Source: Octopus sinensis (Eukaryota). Taken from it: DNA of 8,265 bases. The notes under the pieces were generated by a model. It saw only the letters and a program-made list of their open reading frames with translations. It was not told where the DNA came from and did no database searches. Positions 6,481 through 8,265 of this stretch are shown here, one piece after another. The stretch covers positions 1 through 8,265 of the forward strand of contig NW_021828274.1 in NCBI RefSeq assembly GCF_006345805.1, given 5' to 3'. The first letter of the stretch is position 1. Every line of letters begins with the position of its first letter. A program made the translations under genes and the position numbers.

Positions 6481-7553
6481 GCCTTACCTCGGCGAAATCA
6501 GGGGTCACTCTCACAAATTCAACAGGTCTAATCGCTCTGCGCTCTTTACTGGAACTGACCACACGTGCTTCCTCCCACGCATGTCCCTTTCACTCTTCTG
6601 CTGGCCCCTGCAAGCCTTACTTCCATCCTGTGGAAGCACTTCGTCGGTAACGACGATGAGGGTTCCGGTTGATCCGAATCAACGGAACAGCCTGCTCGTG
6701 AATTAACGTGTAAGTGGCTGAGCACTCCACAGACACGTGTACCCTTAACGTAGTTCTCGGGGATATTCAGCGTGACACAGAGAGTGCCAAGGCCGGCCCT
6801 TTGAAATACAGGTACAACAGAAACAGGAGAGTAAGAGTGAGAAAGTTGTGGTGGAAGAGTACAGCAGGGATCACCACCATCCCCTGTCGGAGCCTTGTGG
6901 AGCTTTAGGTGTTTTTGCTCAATAAACACTCACAACGCCTGGTCTGGGAATCAAAACCGCGATCCTACGACCGCGAGTCTGCTGCCCTAACCACTGGGCC
7001 ATTGCGCCTCCACACTTCCATCCACCTCAACTGTCATCCTCTCCACCAACACCACATAGCTCATCACAGCCCATAACACCACTAACACCAAACATTATTA
7101 TACAGCTGATTTTTGAAATAAAAAAAAAATCATATTTTATATTAAGGGTGTTCTGTAATTTGAAAAAGTATAAAATATTATTAGTTTTAAAAATACCAAA
7201 AACTACACATATGTCATCTTTTCACTGTTTTTCTGATGCCTTACCTCGGCGAAATCAGGGGTCACTCTCACAAATTCAACAGGTCTTATCGCTCTGCGCT
7301 CTTTGCTGGCACTGACCACACGTGCTTCCTCCCACGCATGTCCCTTTCACTCTTCTGCTGGCCCCTGCAAGCCTTACTTCCGCCCACCTCATCTGTCATC
7401 CTCTCCACCAACACCACATAGCTCATCACAGCTGATTTTTGAAATTAAAAAAAAATCATATTTTATATTAAGGATGTTCTGTAATTTGAAAAAGTATAAA
7501 ATATTATTAGTTGAATAAATGCAGAAAACTATCTTTTCACTGTTTTTCTGATG
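6481..7553. repeat. Local tandem duplication: unit 1 6481-7237 (contains a SINE), unit 2 7238-7553 (empty site)
   Basis: Both units begin gccttacctcggcgaaatcagggg and end atcttttcactgtttttctgat. Only scattered substitutions apart from the SINE, a 36-bp indel and a diverged patch near the 3' end. Confidence 0.95.
6629..7013 (-). mobile_element. Full-length tRNA-derived SINE (family W), tail type 2, with 10-bp TSD
   Basis: Minus-strand head ggaggcgcaaTGGCCCAGTGG...ggttttgattccc. TSD acttccatcc at 6619-6628 and 7014-7023. The insert is absent from the duplicate at 7238-7553. Confidence 0.92.
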
Positions 7554-7862
7554 GAAGCAGAATGCCAACTTGCTTCCCTTTGCCTATGTAAGTCTTACAT
7601 AACAACATAAGATTATATATTATCATAGGTATTGCGAATTGGCAGAAACTTAATCTAAGAATATAAGTATTTATTTGCACCTGAAACTATTCGTTATCAG
7701 CTCTTACTAGGAAAAAATCGTCTTTGTGACATTTTTATCAGAAAAAATATTACAACATCACACTGAAAAGGATGCAAAACCTCGTGTTACTTCCCTTGCA
7801 AGATTTTTTTTGTGTTGTCTGCCCCTGTTTGTCATTCCATGCTAATTTCAAGAATAAAAGTT

Positions 7863-7979
7863 TGAAGCCTGTTGGTCTTCCATAAACAACCTTGCTTGGA
7901 CTTGTGCCTCGGAGGGGAACTTTCTAGGTGCAATCCCATGGTCATTCATTACTAAAGGGGGGTCTTTACCCTTTACCCT
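7863..7979 (+). mobile_element. Possible 3' end of an RTE-associated retroposon with (TTTACCC)n tail
   Basis: Ends in tttaccctttaccct, similar to the ACCTTT-type tails of RTE/Bov-B-mobilised elements. Body recognised only from memory. Confidence 0.35.
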
Positions 7980-8027
7980 ATTTATATATAATGGTGTGGA
8001 GAGGAGAGGCTGGTACGCATGGATGAA

Positions 8028-8265
8028 GGCAGCGAGCTGGCGGAACCGTTAGCACGCCTGGCGAAATGCTTAGCGGTATTTCGTCTGCCGTTACGTTCTG
8101 AGTTCAAATTCCACCTAGGTTGACTTTGCCTTTCATCCTTTCAGGCTCGATAAATTAAGTACCAGTTACACACTGGGGTCGATGTAATCGACTTAATTTG
8201 TTTGTTCGTTTGTCTGTCCTTGTTTGTCCCCTCTGTGTTTTAGCCCCTTGTGGGTAGTAAAGAAA
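8028..8265 (+). mobile_element. tRNA-derived SINE (family Y), monomeric, running to the window end
   Basis: Aligns along its length with 857-1080, including B box gagttcaaattcc and the terminal gccccttgtgggtagtaaagaaa. Confidence 0.92.

Noticed and set aside
6481-6628. RGHSHK...FLPR as a second CR1-like remnant in the duplicated unit
   Set aside because: Only a short motif resemblance; the WNxLP and FKxxLD hallmarks are missing, so the support is too weak.

Overview
Eukaryotic, repeat-dense genomic DNA. The SINE and microsatellite content looks like an octopus (coleoid cephalopod) genome; this is inferred from recalled repeat families, not from a search. The main content is three + strand exons of a secreted trypsin/chymotrypsin-family (MEROPS S1A) serine protease gene: 10-202, 2244-2365 and 4911-5042. 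All have GT-AG sites and compatible phases (1-2, 2-1, 1-1). Spliced, they read ...GFQTVNA-DDDEEDDTSPY|IINGKVTKRCNIPYIVKLKIFRSTRSVTYCSGSLLDNYHVLTAGHCILKKKVKTIRVDVIIRTKRKIKRFRVKDWVIHKGYKFGTILVNDIAVLTLKKPVQYNACVKPIRLPRKDDHITRVCTISGWGFTK. His57 and Asp102 are present; I found no Ser195 exon in the window. The protein is unusual: an acidic propeptide ending in Tyr, a very basic mature region (30 K/R vs 6 D and no E in 131 aa), and two non-canonical cysteines. The introns hold several SINE families, a CR1-type LINE remnant, a 184-bp x3 SINE-derived tandem, a 48-bp minisatellite born inside a retroposon, a tandem duplication with a filled and an empty SINE site, and many microsatellites. There is no CRISPR array or prokaryotic system. 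Almost all ORFs in the supplied track are repeat artefacts.
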